Of a stretch of 64,000 bases of DNA, positions 35,700-48,129 are shown one piece after another (the first letter of the stretch is position 1; each line of letters begins with the position of its first letter). Source of the DNA: Selaginella moellendorffii. Taxonomy: Eukaryota > Plantae > Lycopodiophyta. The stretch is from assembly GCF_000143415.4 (NCBI RefSeq), contig NW_003314263.1:1638749-1702748 (forward strand), in the 5' to 3' direction. The notes below the pieces were generated by a model. That model worked only from the letters and a program-made list of their open reading frames with translations. It searched no databases and was not told where the DNA came from. The translations under genes were made by a program, and so were the position numbers.

Positions 35700-37216
35700 A
35701 ACTCCTCAATGTCTATCACTTGGCCTCTTACACCACCATGTTGTTCCTCCTGTTCCATTGCGTTGTTCACCGAAACCAAAGACGACGGTGAAGCTCGTCT
35801 CATCGTCCTCCTGCTTTTCTCCTTTTGTTTTTTTTTTTTGTTTTCCCATCCAGTGCTTGCAGTTGGAACTACAAGAGTACCGCAAGCCGCAGAGAAATCT
35901 GTGGCAGCTGCATTAATGGTGCGCTCATATGGGCTGTCTCGTCCTTCCTTTTACGACCAAGAGTGGACCCGATGCCTTGCGTCTCCTCCTGTTTTTTCTT
36001 TTCCTTCCTCCTCCCTGGAAAATTGAATCGTCCAGACTTTCTTCTCAGTGCCAGCCCGGAGTTGCGTCCTCTGCATGGCTCAAGAATCCCACGTCCCCAG
36101 GCCACCTCTGCTCTATTCCTGTGACAAAGCGACACTGACTGCCCAATGTGCCTCGCATTTTCAATGAAATATCTCTCGCCACCCTGCAAGACCAGTTTTA
36201 CATAATCTTATAAAAACCATCAGCATAGAAAAAGAACCTGTCACCGCGTGGAGTGGAAAGAAAACTTGGAAACTTGGAAACTTGGAGTCGGACTCTCTGT
36301 CGCTGTAACAGAAGCGAAGTTACAGGACTCTCACTCAATCAGGGGAGCTTACCGCGGTCTTGGTCCTCACTGACAGATGAAAATCGCCTGGATTCCTCTT
36401 GACTCGGTTGCGACGAGCCTGACAATGATCCGCTGTATGACAAAGCACCGACTTTAGCGATCAGCGGGCAACAACTAAAAGAGAAACAAGAGATGGTAAG
36501 AATTATACTACTTGACCACTGCAAAGGCTGGACGAGAACGCCTGTTGCTGCAGTGCCACACGTGAACTGATGTGAAAGTAATAATAAATAGAACGTGGAA
36601 AAGCGAAATCGTTCCTGGCACACAAACGCAGGACAATGTGATAGTATAGAGAAAAAAAAAAAAAGAGAGAGAGAGCAAAACAACACAGGCAAAAGGAAAG
36701 GATCCAAAGACCGTGGTATGTTTGCGAAAGAAAGAAACAAAGTTTAAAGGCTAGCTAGAAAACTTGCAATGTAGCATGACTCAGAGCTCTAGAAGGAACA
36801 CAAGGAGGAAAAAAAAAAGGATACGTAAAACGAGAGGACAAAAGCAAGAAGGAAAGAACCAAAAAAAAAAAGCTGAGAGGGGAAAGTAGAACCTGTATGA
36901 TCGCCATAGGTCGTAGAAAGCAATCCCAGCTTTGTCTAATTTGATGGAGCTATTCCTCTTCGATCGCCAGGCCTCTCTGATACAACGCATAGAAAATATT
37001 ATAAGAAAGTGATGGAATGCGTTAGAGAGATTCACAGACCCCTGCTGACGAAGGAATGATTTGGAAGCATTCGCGTCATCCCAGATTTCTCAGCGTAAGC
37101 AATCGCGTATAGCATCGAAAGATTCGAGACTAGGAAATACGAGCAAGATTCGAGCCCCATCTGGATCGATGCATCGATCGATTAGGTCGAGAGCTACCTC
37201 TGATCGCCATCGCCAT
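35700..37216 (-). other. Possible multi-exon gene of unknown product
   Basis: Several GT-AG-bounded GC-richer segments between T-rich intron-like stretches; no confident protein could be assembled. Confidence 0.3.
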
Positions 37217-37228
37217 AGCTTCTTGGCG

Positions 37229-38240
37229 CCAAGAAAATATTCTAAAACCCTAAAAAGCATCATGGTTCTTTCTTTCCCACGGGATTCTTCACTCGCAGAT
37301 CGCCAGGGCAGGCCTGGATCGCATCGCGAATCTCGTCATTCGCATGTACAGCGTCTGCGGCAGCCTGCGCGAATGCCGAGATCGACTTCCACAGCGGCAC
37401 CACCCGCCACAACGTCCACTCGCGGACGATCTTGCTTCAAGCATTTGCCCAGACAGGGGATCTTGTCAGAGCCAGGGACGTTTTCACGCGAATGGCTCTG
37501 CGCGATGTGGTCTCCTGGAATGCGCTGATCGCAGGGTGCGCGGGCGCTGGGAATCTCTCGCGGTCTCAGGAGCTCTTCGATTCCATGCCGAAGAGAGATC
37601 TTGTGTCCTGGAACAATCATCTCGGCGTATGCCCAAAACGGGCATTGCAGAGAGGCGCTGCGATTCTACCGGGGCTTGGATGGCGCCGGATTCCATCAGC
37701 TTCGTGACCGTTCTCGATGCCATTGCCGGGATGAGATCTGGGAAGGGCGATCGCCATTTAAGCGATCTGGCTGGGAATTTACACCCAGATCGCTGTAGGG
37801 ACAGCGATCGTTGTGGTTTATGGAAGGACTAGAGCGCGGAGCAGTGCTTTGATCGGATCATTGGCAGGAATGCGATCTTCTGGAACGCGATGCTGTGCAA
37901 AGCGCGAAAGCTCTTCGTTCGAACCCACGATCATAGATGCCACACCTCGCCAAGAAGAGCTCCAGGAGGCAAAGGATCTCTTTGATTGCATGAAACAAAG
38001 AGATTTAGCGGTCTGGAATTTGATGCCCAAAAGGGGGATCTGTTCGAATGACTTCCGATCTTCGCTCCTACCCATGGCTTATACATGGATCCGCTACTTG
38101 AGATCTTTTATCAAACAAGTTACAAGAACGTCACCCTTTGGAACGCGATGGTCACAGTACTTGTCCAGCTTGGTCATTTGCAGGGATCGCTGGGCCTCTT
38201 TGATTCAATGGAAGTAACAAGCTCACGACGTTTGCGGCAG
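37229..38240 (+). pseudogene. Decayed copy of the 5' part of the PPR gene, including its upstream sequence
   Basis: Matches the reverse complement of ~44800-46030 with many deletions and frameshifts. Confidence 0.85.
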
Positions 38241-38589
38241 ATGCAGGGCCATGCTTAAATATTCTTGGATAGAGCAAACCCGCTTCAGCTCTGTTCGCAA
38301 GGTTTGGAAAGAAGTACTTGATTCTCCATGGTTTTCAAAACGCTACGTTCCAGCTTTACCATGTCTTCTCCGGACGTAAGAGTCAAAGACCAGCCGAAAA
38401 TTAGTCGTGCTTCTACACTTGCCACACAAATCCACCATAGGGACATCGTTATTGCCATCGCTTGCGAATGATCGCAAAACCCATAGCAAGTCGTTTGACG
38501 TCAGCTGAAATATACATGGTTGGTGAGTGGGATCTGTTCTCTTTGGCTCAATTTGTCTGCTTTCTCATCATGCAAATTGAGCCCTGCAA

Positions 38590-38997
38590 GTGGACAAATT
38601 GAGCCAAAGAGAACAGATCCCACTCACCATAAGTGACATTGACTTGCATCCCTATACGATTTTGAAATGCTACCGAAAAGCAGAGGTTATTCGGACCAGA
38701 CGATACCATCGATCATTTACTCGGATTTAGCGCAAGCACCTTGTTTAGAATAATAAAAACCGTACTGACAAATCAAATAAAAAGCGATATGCATATCGAT
38801 TTTCACGGATGCCAGATACTTGAGACCAACCATGTATATTTCAGCTGACGTCAAACGACTTGCTATGGGTTTTGTGACTTCCACCTTGGCAAACAGATGG
38901 CAATGAGTTATCACTCAAAAAACCATGACAAATACTTTAGCACGTTATAATCTAAGAAAAAACAATTTTGGGAATCAGAGGAAGATATTTTTGGAAG
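38590..38997 (-). pseudogene. Collapsed SPB1/FTSJ3 fragment
   Basis: Colinear blocks match ~53260-53340, ~53860-53900 and ~54045-54400 ([23 protein letters not shown]). Confidence 0.85.
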
Positions 38998-39094
38998 ATA
39001 TTTTTGGAAGATATTTTTGATGCATGCAGGCGTTCCCCCTTTATAAACAGATGCAAAACCTTGTATTGTCATTTCTGGGTTCAGTTCAAGGAGA

Positions 39095-39699
39095 ATGGCC
39101 AAAGTGTTTCTTCTTTCCGCCCTCCTCGTTGGCCTGCTGCTCTTTGTAGCCGATGCATCTCGCAACACTCAGCGTACGTGTCCGCATTCTTGCAAATCGT
39201 TTGTCTAACCTGCAGATATTGTTCTAGTGACTGACAAGGAGAGCGATGTGACTTACATCGTTGAGGGGTCTCGTGAAGGTAGTAACGAGGCTGCTGGTCT
39301 CAATGTTGTCATCCCCTCCAAACACGGTAACATAGATCATGTTATGATCCCTCTTGTTGTGATCATGAGCTGTCCTTGTGATATTTATTATGCGCCACTA
39401 CTTCTCCGTTTGTTAATGCTGCAGGCCTCCAAGATAAGTACTGCTGCCTGAAGGATGGTTTGGGATCATGTGTTCAGGAGTGCGACTCCAAGATCAAATA
39501 CTACTGCTGCCTCAAGACTGGACTCGGCGGCTGCAAGCAACTCTGCGAGACCAATGTCGAATACTTCTGCTGCCTCAAGAACCCTTTTGGTACCTGCTTT
39601 CAGCTGTGCGACTCGTCCAAGGAACACTACTGCTGCAAGAAGAACGTTTCTGGTTCCTGCGTTGGAATGTGCCCCAAAACGGTGAACCTGATGAAGTGA
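39095..39699 (+). CDS. Secreted cysteine-rich repeat protein, copy A (150 aa)
   Basis: Exons 39095-39173, 39228-39326, 39425-39699 in frame: signal peptide, acidic linker, four CC-x7-C-x3-C repeats; TATA near 39042. Confidence 0.88.
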
Positions 39700-39899
39700 T
39701 CTGCGTTTGATGACAAGTGTAAGCAACATCTAAAAGCTTATAATTGCTGATACTCTCTACAACTTTTATATTTTTACAAGATTTTCGCTATACTTTTACT
39801 TTTTTCAACTGAGTTTGTAAGGTAGCTTGCCATGCCACTGCTGCTGGATCGTCCATTGGGAGACAAGTAGCTTTGAACAAGTCCTCATTCTAGTTCACG

Positions 39900-42039
39900 T
39901 CGCTCAGCACCAGGTCGCCATCGCTGGTAAAGCTGAGGTACGCTCCTTCCGGGACGGTTTTCGCGTAGCTCGCCATGTCAGCGCTGCTAGATAGTAGAGA
40001 TTGAAACTCTCCTTGTCGTCCATGGCGTAGAAGACTGACAAGTAGAACTGGAACTCTTGGGAGGTTTGCTCCCAGCAGCTAAGTAGGAGGCAGGAAGGGG
40101 TGCTAAAGCCAAGGCTAATTCGAAATATCTGGAGTGGATTCGAGAGTGGAGCTTGGAGGAAGATGGCGCTTCCAGTGACATTGGAAGCTTTGTGTGGTCG
40201 ACCAACACAGGAGGATCTGGAGCGCAAGTCTTGGCCCTCGAGAGCTCTGGAAATCTCGTCATCCGGAGCAAAATTGGAGATTTCCTGTGGCAGAGCTTTG
40301 ATCATCCCTGTGATGCTGTGCTCCCTGGGATGAAGTTAGTAGCCAGCATCTCTAAGGAGAACAAAGAGCCAGGGTACTTCTCACTCGAGGTAGCCGCTTC
40401 TCGGTCGCTTTGAACTCCAGTATGTTGAGAATCTTTTGGAGAGGTCTGGAGCTCCGATGAGGAAGAAGAAGAGATATCATTTCTCTTCCTCGTCAATAGC
40501 AGCTTGGAAATCCACGGGACGAAAGGTGTTATGTGGTCCACTCCAACGATCGGTGGTGTTACTGATCAATCAGGGCACCAGTTCCTCAAGATCTACTCGA
40601 ATGGAGAGCCCCGGTTTACCTCGAGATCATTCAGCACCGGCAACAGCACGAAGAGCATCAACTTAAACCCGCTCTTCTTTGGGAAAAGCTCGCTTACTCG
40701 AACCTGTGGGATCTCGTTCGAGACAGCTGAAGGATACCTCTGCATCGTTCACGAAGTACGTTTCTTCCGGGGACAAGGAGGGATGCAAGCACCTGGAAGA
40801 ACCTGCGAGAACTCGCAACATCACTACATGCTCGAAGCCACAGTACGATACTTCTACAAACCTCTAGATTTATCCAGTGCGCTCCACAACGTCACTCCAG
40901 CAGCGTGCATGGCCCTGTGTATCAAAAACTGTTCCTGCAAAGGGGTGCTAAGCCAGGAGAAACAACTACCTGTTTCCAGATGACCGAAGTTTTTTCTCTG
41001 AACAAAACTCGCAACGTCGTCGATGAAGCTTTGCTGTTTTCGATCAAGTTGTACCAAGCTGGAGATCTTCCAAAGCTCTCAACACCAGGCAACTCACAAA
41101 GTCGCCAAGTAGCAAAAACAGGCAAAGCCAGCCATCGTCGCGGTTTTCTCTGTGGCGACCATGGCTATAATCATCATCGCAATGGTGACCTGGAAGAAAC
41201 AGATAAACTCGTACCTCAAACACTACAAACCATCGTTGGTGCGCGTCTTTAATTACCCGGAGCTCCTCACTGCAACCAAAGCCTTCAGTGCGAAAATCGC
41301 AAGTGGAGGCGTTGGCACGGTTTTCGAAGGGATACTCTCCGTTGCCGTGAAACGGCTGGAGAGCTTCTCGAGCCAAGGATACAAACAGTTCAAGGCGGAG
41401 GTGAGAGCGATCGGAATCATCCATCACAAGAACCTTGTAAGACTCAAAGGCTTTTTTTCCCAGGAATCACACTACTTCCTGGTTTACGAGTACGTAGCAA
41501 ACGGGTACAAGCCGCGGGAAGACACGAGATTCAAGATAGTCGAGGAGATTGCTCGAGGGATGTGCTACCTCCACGAGGAATGCAGCACTAGAGTTCTGCA
41601 CTTGGACATCAAGCCGCAAAACCTACTCCTGGACGAAAACTTTGGTGTCAAGATAGCAGAGTTTGGACTGTCGAGGATGGTAGAGCAAGGAGATCTAAGC
41701 GATGTCATGACAATGATCTGAGGAACACCCGGATACATGGCTCCGGAATGGTTGCAGATGCGAGTGAGAGACAAACTGGACATCTACAGCTTTGGGATCC
41801 TTGTGCTGGAAGTGGCGCTTTCCATACCTGTGTGTCTTGCGGGAGGAGCCCAAAGTTCCTGGCGGTTTGAGAAGCTTCGGTCTGGGAAGTTAATGGAGAT
41901 GTTAGAAGAGAAGAGGGCGCGGCAAGAAATGGAGGCTACCTCTAAGGCCGAGAAGCTGCTTCGCATTGGAGTGTGGTGCATCCAACCGGATTCTCAGCCA
42001 AATTGTGGGAATCCACTGACACTCATAGATTTTGTATGA
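39900..42039 (+). pseudogene. S-domain (B-lectin/PAN/kinase) receptor-like kinase pseudogene, copy 1
   Basis: VWSTNT...GNLVI...LWQSFDHPCDAVLPG, CMALCIKNCSC, TM segment, HLDIKPQNLLLD; frameshifts and in-frame TGA at 41719-41721. Confidence 0.9.
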
Positions 42040-42366
42040 GAGGCACCATTCTATCGAGATTTAGTGGCACCAAAGCAGCGCCCGCCCTGCAAGTGCCCTA
42101 AGATTCTTCGAGGATATTATTTATTATTTAGATCCAGGCTTAGTTTGTTATATTTTTGTTTAGTTAAGTAAAAATAAAATAGTTTAATTTTTATTTATTT
42201 ATAAATTATTTATTTTTTAAACGTAAAACCTTTGACAAGCGTTTGAGAGGAATGCCCAAATTTTTATTTCTTTTTAATTTCTATAATATTTCTAAAACAT
42301 TGTTACTCTTTAAATGTCATTTATGAAAATCCAAATTCTATATCAACCAGTTTTAAACATAGAATC

Positions 42367-43001
42367 ATGGGTTTTCTTTTAGACTTATTAAAGACGTAGG
42401 AAGAAAAGATAATTATTACTCAGGATTTTCACTTTCTAAAGTAGTGTTTTCAAAAAATGGTAAATGACAATATCATTATTAAATGCACAACCAAATAGTA
42501 GATAAAATATTTAGGCTTTGATTTACAAGTAGAATCTGGCTGATTTTGTTAGGGATGATTTTGTAAAATATTATATCAATGGACGGTTTAGCATATCGTA
42601 TCAGCTTGATTCAGATTATATTTTTCCAGATAAAATAAAACTTGCTTATTTCACCCTACAAAACCATATAAAAACGATTGCAATATTATAAGGTATGCGA
42701 CCACACCATTCTGTCTTTTCTACTTTCTGCAATCTTTAAATGGTTTATTCATGCTTTACATGCAACTGGACTGCAATCTACAAAGAGTATAATTGTTTGG
42801 AGCACTCACACAAATAGCTTTCTAAGGTTGCAAAAAGATGGAAATATGGTAATCTATGGTGAAAATTACACGGTTGTTTGTTCAGACAGCATTTACTGGA
42901 AAGACAAATGGATTACTAGTGCATTATGTGTTGATAACTCTGGACTTGTTGTAGTATACAACACTGTAGAGCAAACTTGTATATGGCAATCACCAAGATG
43001 A
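42367..43001 (+). pseudogene. AT-rich gene with C-terminal bulb-type (GNA-like) lectin, copy 1
   Basis: VWSTHT, LQKDGNMVIY; deletions relative to the other copies. Confidence 0.7.
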
Positions 43002-43019
43002 GAATTTAAAATCTAGCAT

Positions 43020-45989
43020 TCACTCTACACAAATATGAGATAGAAGGACATAAGTTGATGCTCCAGAAGCTCTTGCGATGGCGCTTGGAGCAGCCATGTT
43101 TCCAAGCCGATTATTGCCATGAGTTTTACAAGCTCCAAGCAGCGTCATGTAGGCAATGGAGCCCGGCTCGATTGGCATGCTATCGATCACCTCTTGGGCC
43201 TCGTCAAGCCGGCCAGTTCGCCCAAACAAATCGATCACACACATGAAATGCTCCAGGTTTGGAGCTATGTGATGATCGAGCACAAGAGACTGGAAACTAT
43301 ACTTACCACTCTCAAAGAGCCCGGCATGGCTACACGCAGAGAGAACACTGACAAACGTGACTTCGTCCGGATCAAGCCCCTCGAGCTTCATCCTCCAGAA
43401 GAGATCAAAAGTTTCCTCAAAATGCCCGTTGTTCGCATACACCGAGATGATTCCATTCCATGAAACCACGTCCTGCCTTGTCGTTGCCTCAAACGCCACC
43501 TTTGCCCCTCGAAGGTATCCACACCTCCCATAAAAGTTGACCACGGCATTGTTTGTCATCACATCGGATTGAAACCTAGAGTGATGGAGCTCACCATGCA
43601 CAAGCTTTCCCTTTTGGAGAGCGGTGATCCTCCCAAGGGCGTCAAGAACAGCCAAGAAACTCACCTTGTCCGCCTGGGTGCCTTCCAGATCCATTTGGTG
43701 GAAGAGCCGAGCAGCACTCTCGCATTCCCCGGCTTGGACGAAGATACAAATCAAGGTGTTCCACGAGACCGTGCTTGGCTCCTCCATTTTCTCAAAGATT
43801 TCCTTCGCTTTGTGGATATGCCCGGCTTGGGCATGCGCCACCATAGCTGTGTTGTGCGAGAAGCTGTCCCAGCAGGGCATCCTTTTCGTGAGAATCTCCA
43901 GAGCCTCGTCCACTCTCCCGTGCTGGATATAAGCCGCCGCGAGCGTGTTAAACGAGACCACGTCTGGAGAAGGAATGGTTTCCTCGAGGAAACTCGCGGC
44001 CTTGGCGAGATGCCCGTTTTGGGCATATGATCTTAGCAAAGAGTTCCACGAGACAGTGGATGGGTGCTCGATGCGATCAAACACTGCCTTGGATTCCTCC
44101 ACTCCCTTGCATTTTCCATAGCTCGCCACCAGTGAAGTCGCCACGGCGAGATCGGAGATCCAGCCAGTGTGATCCGCCGCTGCGTGAACTTGGCGGCAGT
44201 GGGAGAGGCTCGAGAGGCCCGAGCACGCATCGAGAGCTGCGAGGAACGTCGCGCGGTCGGGTGTTGTGTCGATCTGCCAGAACAGCGCGAGTGATTCCTC
44301 GCAGTGACCGAGCTGGGCATAGGCCGCGATGATCGAGCTCCACGAACTCGTGTCTCGCTGCTCCATCCGATCGAATACCCGCCTCGCGCTGGCGAGGTGG
44401 CCTCTCTGGAGATACGCGGTGATCAGCGCGTTGCATGCCGCGATAGTGATCTCTGCCGAGATCTCGAGCAAGAACAGTGCTTGATCGAAGTGTCCCTGCT
44501 GGGCTTGAGCTCTAGCGACGATGCTCCACGAGGAAAGATCTCTCCGGGGCATTGTCTTGAAAAGGAGCATCGCTTCGTCGAGGCATCCATTGTGAGCATA
44601 CGTCGCGATCATGGCGTTCCAGAGCTCTCTCCGCCGCTTCTTCTGCTCGAAGACGAGCTCGGCCCTCTCCACTGCACCGGATCTCCCGAACATCTTGATC
44701 AAGGAGCATGATACTCCGTGATCGCTACGCAAGGATCCGCAGGCTTGGCTCAAGTGGAAGATCCTCTCGCATCGATCAGGATCGCCAAGGCTGCCGCAGG
44801 CGTCGATGGCGATGATGTACGTGAGTTTGTTCTTGAGGACGTCCATTGAATCGAAAAGGTCTAGAGCTTCTAGCAGATGCCCAAGAAGGGCAAGTGCTGT
44901 GATCATCGCGTTCCAGAGAGTGGCGTCCTTGTGGCTTGTTTGATGAAATATCTCAAGCAACAAAACCATGTCACCTTTCGAAGCATAAGCTATGAGAAGT
45001 GATGTTCTTGAACGAAGATCGTGGGCTGGGAGTCTTTCATACAAATCTATGGACTCCAAAAAATGCCCTTTTAGGGCAAATGCTGAGAGTAGAGCGTTCC
45101 AGACAGCCAAATCTCTTTGTTTCATGCAATCAAAGAGATCCTTTGCATCCTGGAGCCGTTCATGGCGAGATGTGGCATCAATTATCGTCGTCCAGGAGAT
45201 CACATCAACGCAAGGCATTCGGTCGAAGAACTCTCGCGCTTTGCAAAGATTCCCTGATTGGGCATACGCGGAAAGCATGGCGTTCCAGCATATCGCATTC
45301 CTGCCAATGATCCGATCAAAGAAATGCTCCGCGCTCTCGGCCTCGCCAATCTTTCCATAAACCACAACGAGCGCCGTCCCGACAGCGATCTGGGTGTGAA
45401 TTCCCAGCTGGATTGCTTCCATGGCAATCGCCCTTGCCAGATCTCTATCCAGCTCTTCGATCCCGGCAATGGCATCGAGAACGCTCACGAAGCTGATGGA
45501 ATCCGGTGCCACGCCCTGGAGATCCAAGCCCCGGAAAAATCCCAGCGCCTCTCTGCAATGCCCATTCTGGGCATACGCCGCGATGATCGTGTTCCAGGAC
45601 ACAAGATCTCTCTCCGGCATGGAATCGAAGAGCTCCTGCGACCGCGAGAGATTCCCAGCGCCGGCGTACCCGCTAATCAGCGCATTCCAGGAGACCACAT
45701 CGCGATGAGCCATTCGCGTGAAAACGTCCCTGGCTCTGGCAAGATCCTCTGTCTGGGCAAATGCTCGAAGCAAGATCGTCCACGAGTAGACGTTGTGGCG
45801 GGCTGCGCCGCTGTGGAAGACGTTCTCGGCATCGCGCAGGCTGCCGCAGACGCTGTACATGTGAATGACAAGATTCGCGACGAATGTGTTGCGATCCAGG
45901 CCTGCCCTGGCGATCTGCGAGTGGAGAATCCGCGCCTCCGTGGGAGATCGGCATTTTCGGAGTAGTGCCGCCGCAGCATCTACGCGCAT
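43020..45989 (-). CDS. PLS-class pentatricopeptide repeat protein with truncated E domain (989 aa)
   Basis: Repeated DVVSWNAL...YAQNG motifs; TFVSVLSACSHAG, HFMCVIDLFGRTGRL, LLGACKTHG; ends YVLLSHICVE. Confidence 0.93.
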   Translation of the reverse strand: MRVDAAAALLRKCRSPTEARILHSQIARAGLDRNTFVANLVIHMYSVCGSLRDAENVFHSGAARHNVYSWTILLRAFAQTEDLARARDVFTRMAHRDVVSWNALISGYAGAGNLSRSQELFDSMPERDLVSWNTIIAAYAQNGHCREALGFFRGLDLQGVAPDSISFVSVLDAIAGIEELDRDLARAIAMEAIQLGIHTQIAVGTALVVVYGKIGEAESAEHFFDRIIGRNAICWNAMLSAYAQSGNLCKAREFFDRMPCVDVISWTTIIDATSRHERLQDAKDLFDCMKQRDLAVWNALLSAFALKGHFLESIDLYERLPAHDLRSRTSLLIAYASKGDMVLLLEIFHQTSHKDATLWNAMITALALLGHLLEALDLFDSMDVLKNKLTYIIAIDACGSLGDPDRCERIFHLSQACGSLRSDHGVSCSLIKMFGRSGAVERAELVFEQKKRRRELWNAMIATYAHNGCLDEAMLLFKTMPRRDLSSWSIVARAQAQQGHFDQALFLLEISAEITIAACNALITAYLQRGHLASARRVFDRMEQRDTSSWSSIIAAYAQLGHCEESLALFWQIDTTPDRATFLAALDACSGLSSLSHCRQVHAAADHTGWISDLAVATSLVASYGKCKGVEESKAVFDRIEHPSTVSWNSLLRSYAQNGHLAKAASFLEETIPSPDVVSFNTLAAAYIQHGRVDEALEILTKRMPCWDSFSHNTAMVAHAQAGHIHKAKEIFEKMEEPSTVSWNTLICIFVQAGECESAARLFHQMDLEGTQADKVSFLAVLDALGRITALQKGKLVHGELHHSRFQSDVMTNNAVVNFYGRCGYLRGAKVAFEATTRQDVVSWNGIISVYANNGHFEETFDLFWRMKLEGLDPDEVTFVSVLSACSHAGLFESGKYSFQSLVLDHHIAPNLEHFMCVIDLFGRTGRLDEAQEVIDSMPIEPGSIAYMTLLGACKTHGNNRLGNMAAPSAIARASGASTYVLLSHICVE

Positions 45990-46029
45990 AGAACCATAAT
46001 GCGTTTTAGGGTTCTAGAATATTTTCTTG

Positions 46030-46480
46030 GGCTGTGCTATGTTTCTTCGAATGCTGTCCTTTGTCAGTTTAAAAACTTAGATTGCTAACCCATTTATGAT
46101 CAATTTTTTGTTCTCGGGAGATAGATTCAGTTTTGATCTGATGTTCGAATTGAAGAACTGTCCAAGCACTGAGCTGAACCATCACACTTTCATTCACACT
46201 AGACATCCAGAATTGTCACATGGTTCACAGTTGAATCAGGTAGCTGAGGTTGACACACATTGTGCAAGCACAATTTCTCAATCTTGAGTATGAATTTGGC
46301 GTTTGGACAAGGATTTCTCCCTTTCCTTGAATCCTTCTACTTTGATTTTTTCACTAGCACTTGGGCACCACTAATTTTCAGGAAGTCTCAAGAGAGAAAT
46401 TCATTGTTTCCATTTAGATTCTTCTTCCAGCTTGGTTTTCTACTCAACACCAAATGCTTAGTGTGGATACCTCGGAGGGG
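46030..46480. repeat. Non-coding block upstream of the PPR gene, repeated inverted at ~59760-60515
   Basis: GCACTGAGCTGAACCATCACACTTTCATTCA and adjacent sequence recur as reverse complements near 60050 and 60375. Confidence 0.8.
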
Positions 46481-46931
46481 CAAGGTTGGCTTTTGAGGCA
46501 ACGACAGGGCAGGACGTGGTTTCATGGAATGGAATCATTGCGAACAACGGTCATTTTGATTAAACTTTTGATCTCTTCTGGAGGATGAAGCACGAGGGGC
46601 TTGATCCGGACGAAGTTACGATTGTCAGTTCTCTGTGCATGTAGCCACGCCCGGCTCTTCGAGAGTGGTAAGCATAGTTTCCATTTGCAGGTTATTGGAT
46701 TTAAGTGCTTAGGGTGTTCTCTAAAATAAACCATGTGAACTGTGAATTGGCCGGCTTGACGAGGTCCAAGAGGTGATCAATAGCATGCCAATCGAGCCGG
46801 GCTCCATTGCCTACAGGAGCTTGTAAAACTCATGGCAATAATCGGCTTGGAAACATGGCTGGTCCAAGCGCCATCGCAGAGCTTATGGAGCATCAACTTA
46901 TGTCCTTCTATCTCATATTTGTGTAGAGTGA
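46480..46931 (+). pseudogene. PPR 3'-end fragment
   Basis: Inverted copy of ~43020-43510 with indels. Confidence 0.85.
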
Positions 46932-46949
46932 ATACTAGATTTTAAATTC

Positions 46950-47612
46950 TCATATTGGTGATTGCCATATACAAGTTTGCTCTACAGTGTTGCATACTAT
47001 AACATGTCCAGAGTTATCAACACATAATGCACTAGTAATACATTTGTCTTTCCGGTAAATGCTGTACGACCAGACAACCATGTAATTTTCATCATAGATT
47101 ACCATATTTCCATCTTTTTGCAACCTTAGAAAGCATCCATTGCCTTTGTTATTTGTGTGAGTACTCCAAACAATTACACTCTTTGTATGTAAAACTAGAT
47201 TGCAGTCCAGTTGCATGTCAAGCATGAATAAACCATTTAGAGATTTCAGAAAGTTCCCATTTGATAATGTGGAAAAGACAGAATGGTGTGGTCCATTTCT
47301 TGCATACCTTATAAAATCGTTTTTATGTGGTTGTAAGTAAGCTTTACTTTATATGTGGAAAAATATAATCTGAATCAAGCTGATATGATATGGTAAATCG
47401 TCCATTGATATATTCTGCCAATTCAAATTTTACAAAATCATCCATAACAAAACCAACCATCATATCAAATCAGGAAAGGTATTCCATCTACTATTTGGTT
47501 GTGCATTTAAAAATGATATTGTCATATTTAAGGATTTAAATTTTTTCAAAAACACTGAGTAATAATTATCTTTTCTTCCTACTTCTTTAATAAGATCTTT
47601 AAGAAAAACCAT
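46950..47612 (-). pseudogene. AT-rich bulb-lectin gene, copy 2 (lectin domain still open)
   Basis: LSNGNFLKSLNGLFMLDMQLDCNLVLH...LQKDGNMVIY...IWQSPI; upstream part frameshifted. Confidence 0.75.
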
Positions 47613-48129
47613 GATTCTAAAGTGGTTTTCATAATTGGCATTTAAAGAACAACAATGTTTTAGTAATAATATTTATGTATTATAGATATTAAAAAGAAAA
47701 AATTAGGCAAATATTCCGTTTTAAACTTTTTGGTTTGCTTAAGCTGGTACTGGATATACCTAGAATATTCTAGAATATTCTACCATTTAACGGTTGTTAT
47801 TCATGTATTTGTAATTTATAAACATGTTTATAATTTATTAAATTTCTTTAAAACTTTCTAATATATTCTTTTTATTTTACCATCTAATGATTGATATGCA
47901 ATACTTAATCTTGTATTTATAAATTATAAACATGTTTATAATTATAAATTTTTATTTGGTCAATTGGATTAATAAGTACTATTAAGAAAATCAAGCATTG
48001 CTACATGCAACACGTAGCAAATTATTTATTTTACTTAACTAAACTAAAATAAATAAATTAAGCTAGACTAAACTAAACTTTATTAACTTCTTAAAATTCT
48101 CATTGCTCAAAGAATTTTAGGGCACTCTT

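Noticed and set aside
39455-39729. Alternative-frame Ala/Thr-rich ORFs over the Cys-rich exons (also 51518-51792, 55450-55839)
   Set aside because: Shadows of the TGCTGC-rich coding frame; splice phase supports the Cys frame.
43055-45965. Many antisense and alternate-frame ORFs in the PPR gene and its copies
   Set aside because: Expected by-products of a long GC-rich coding sequence; no independent motifs.
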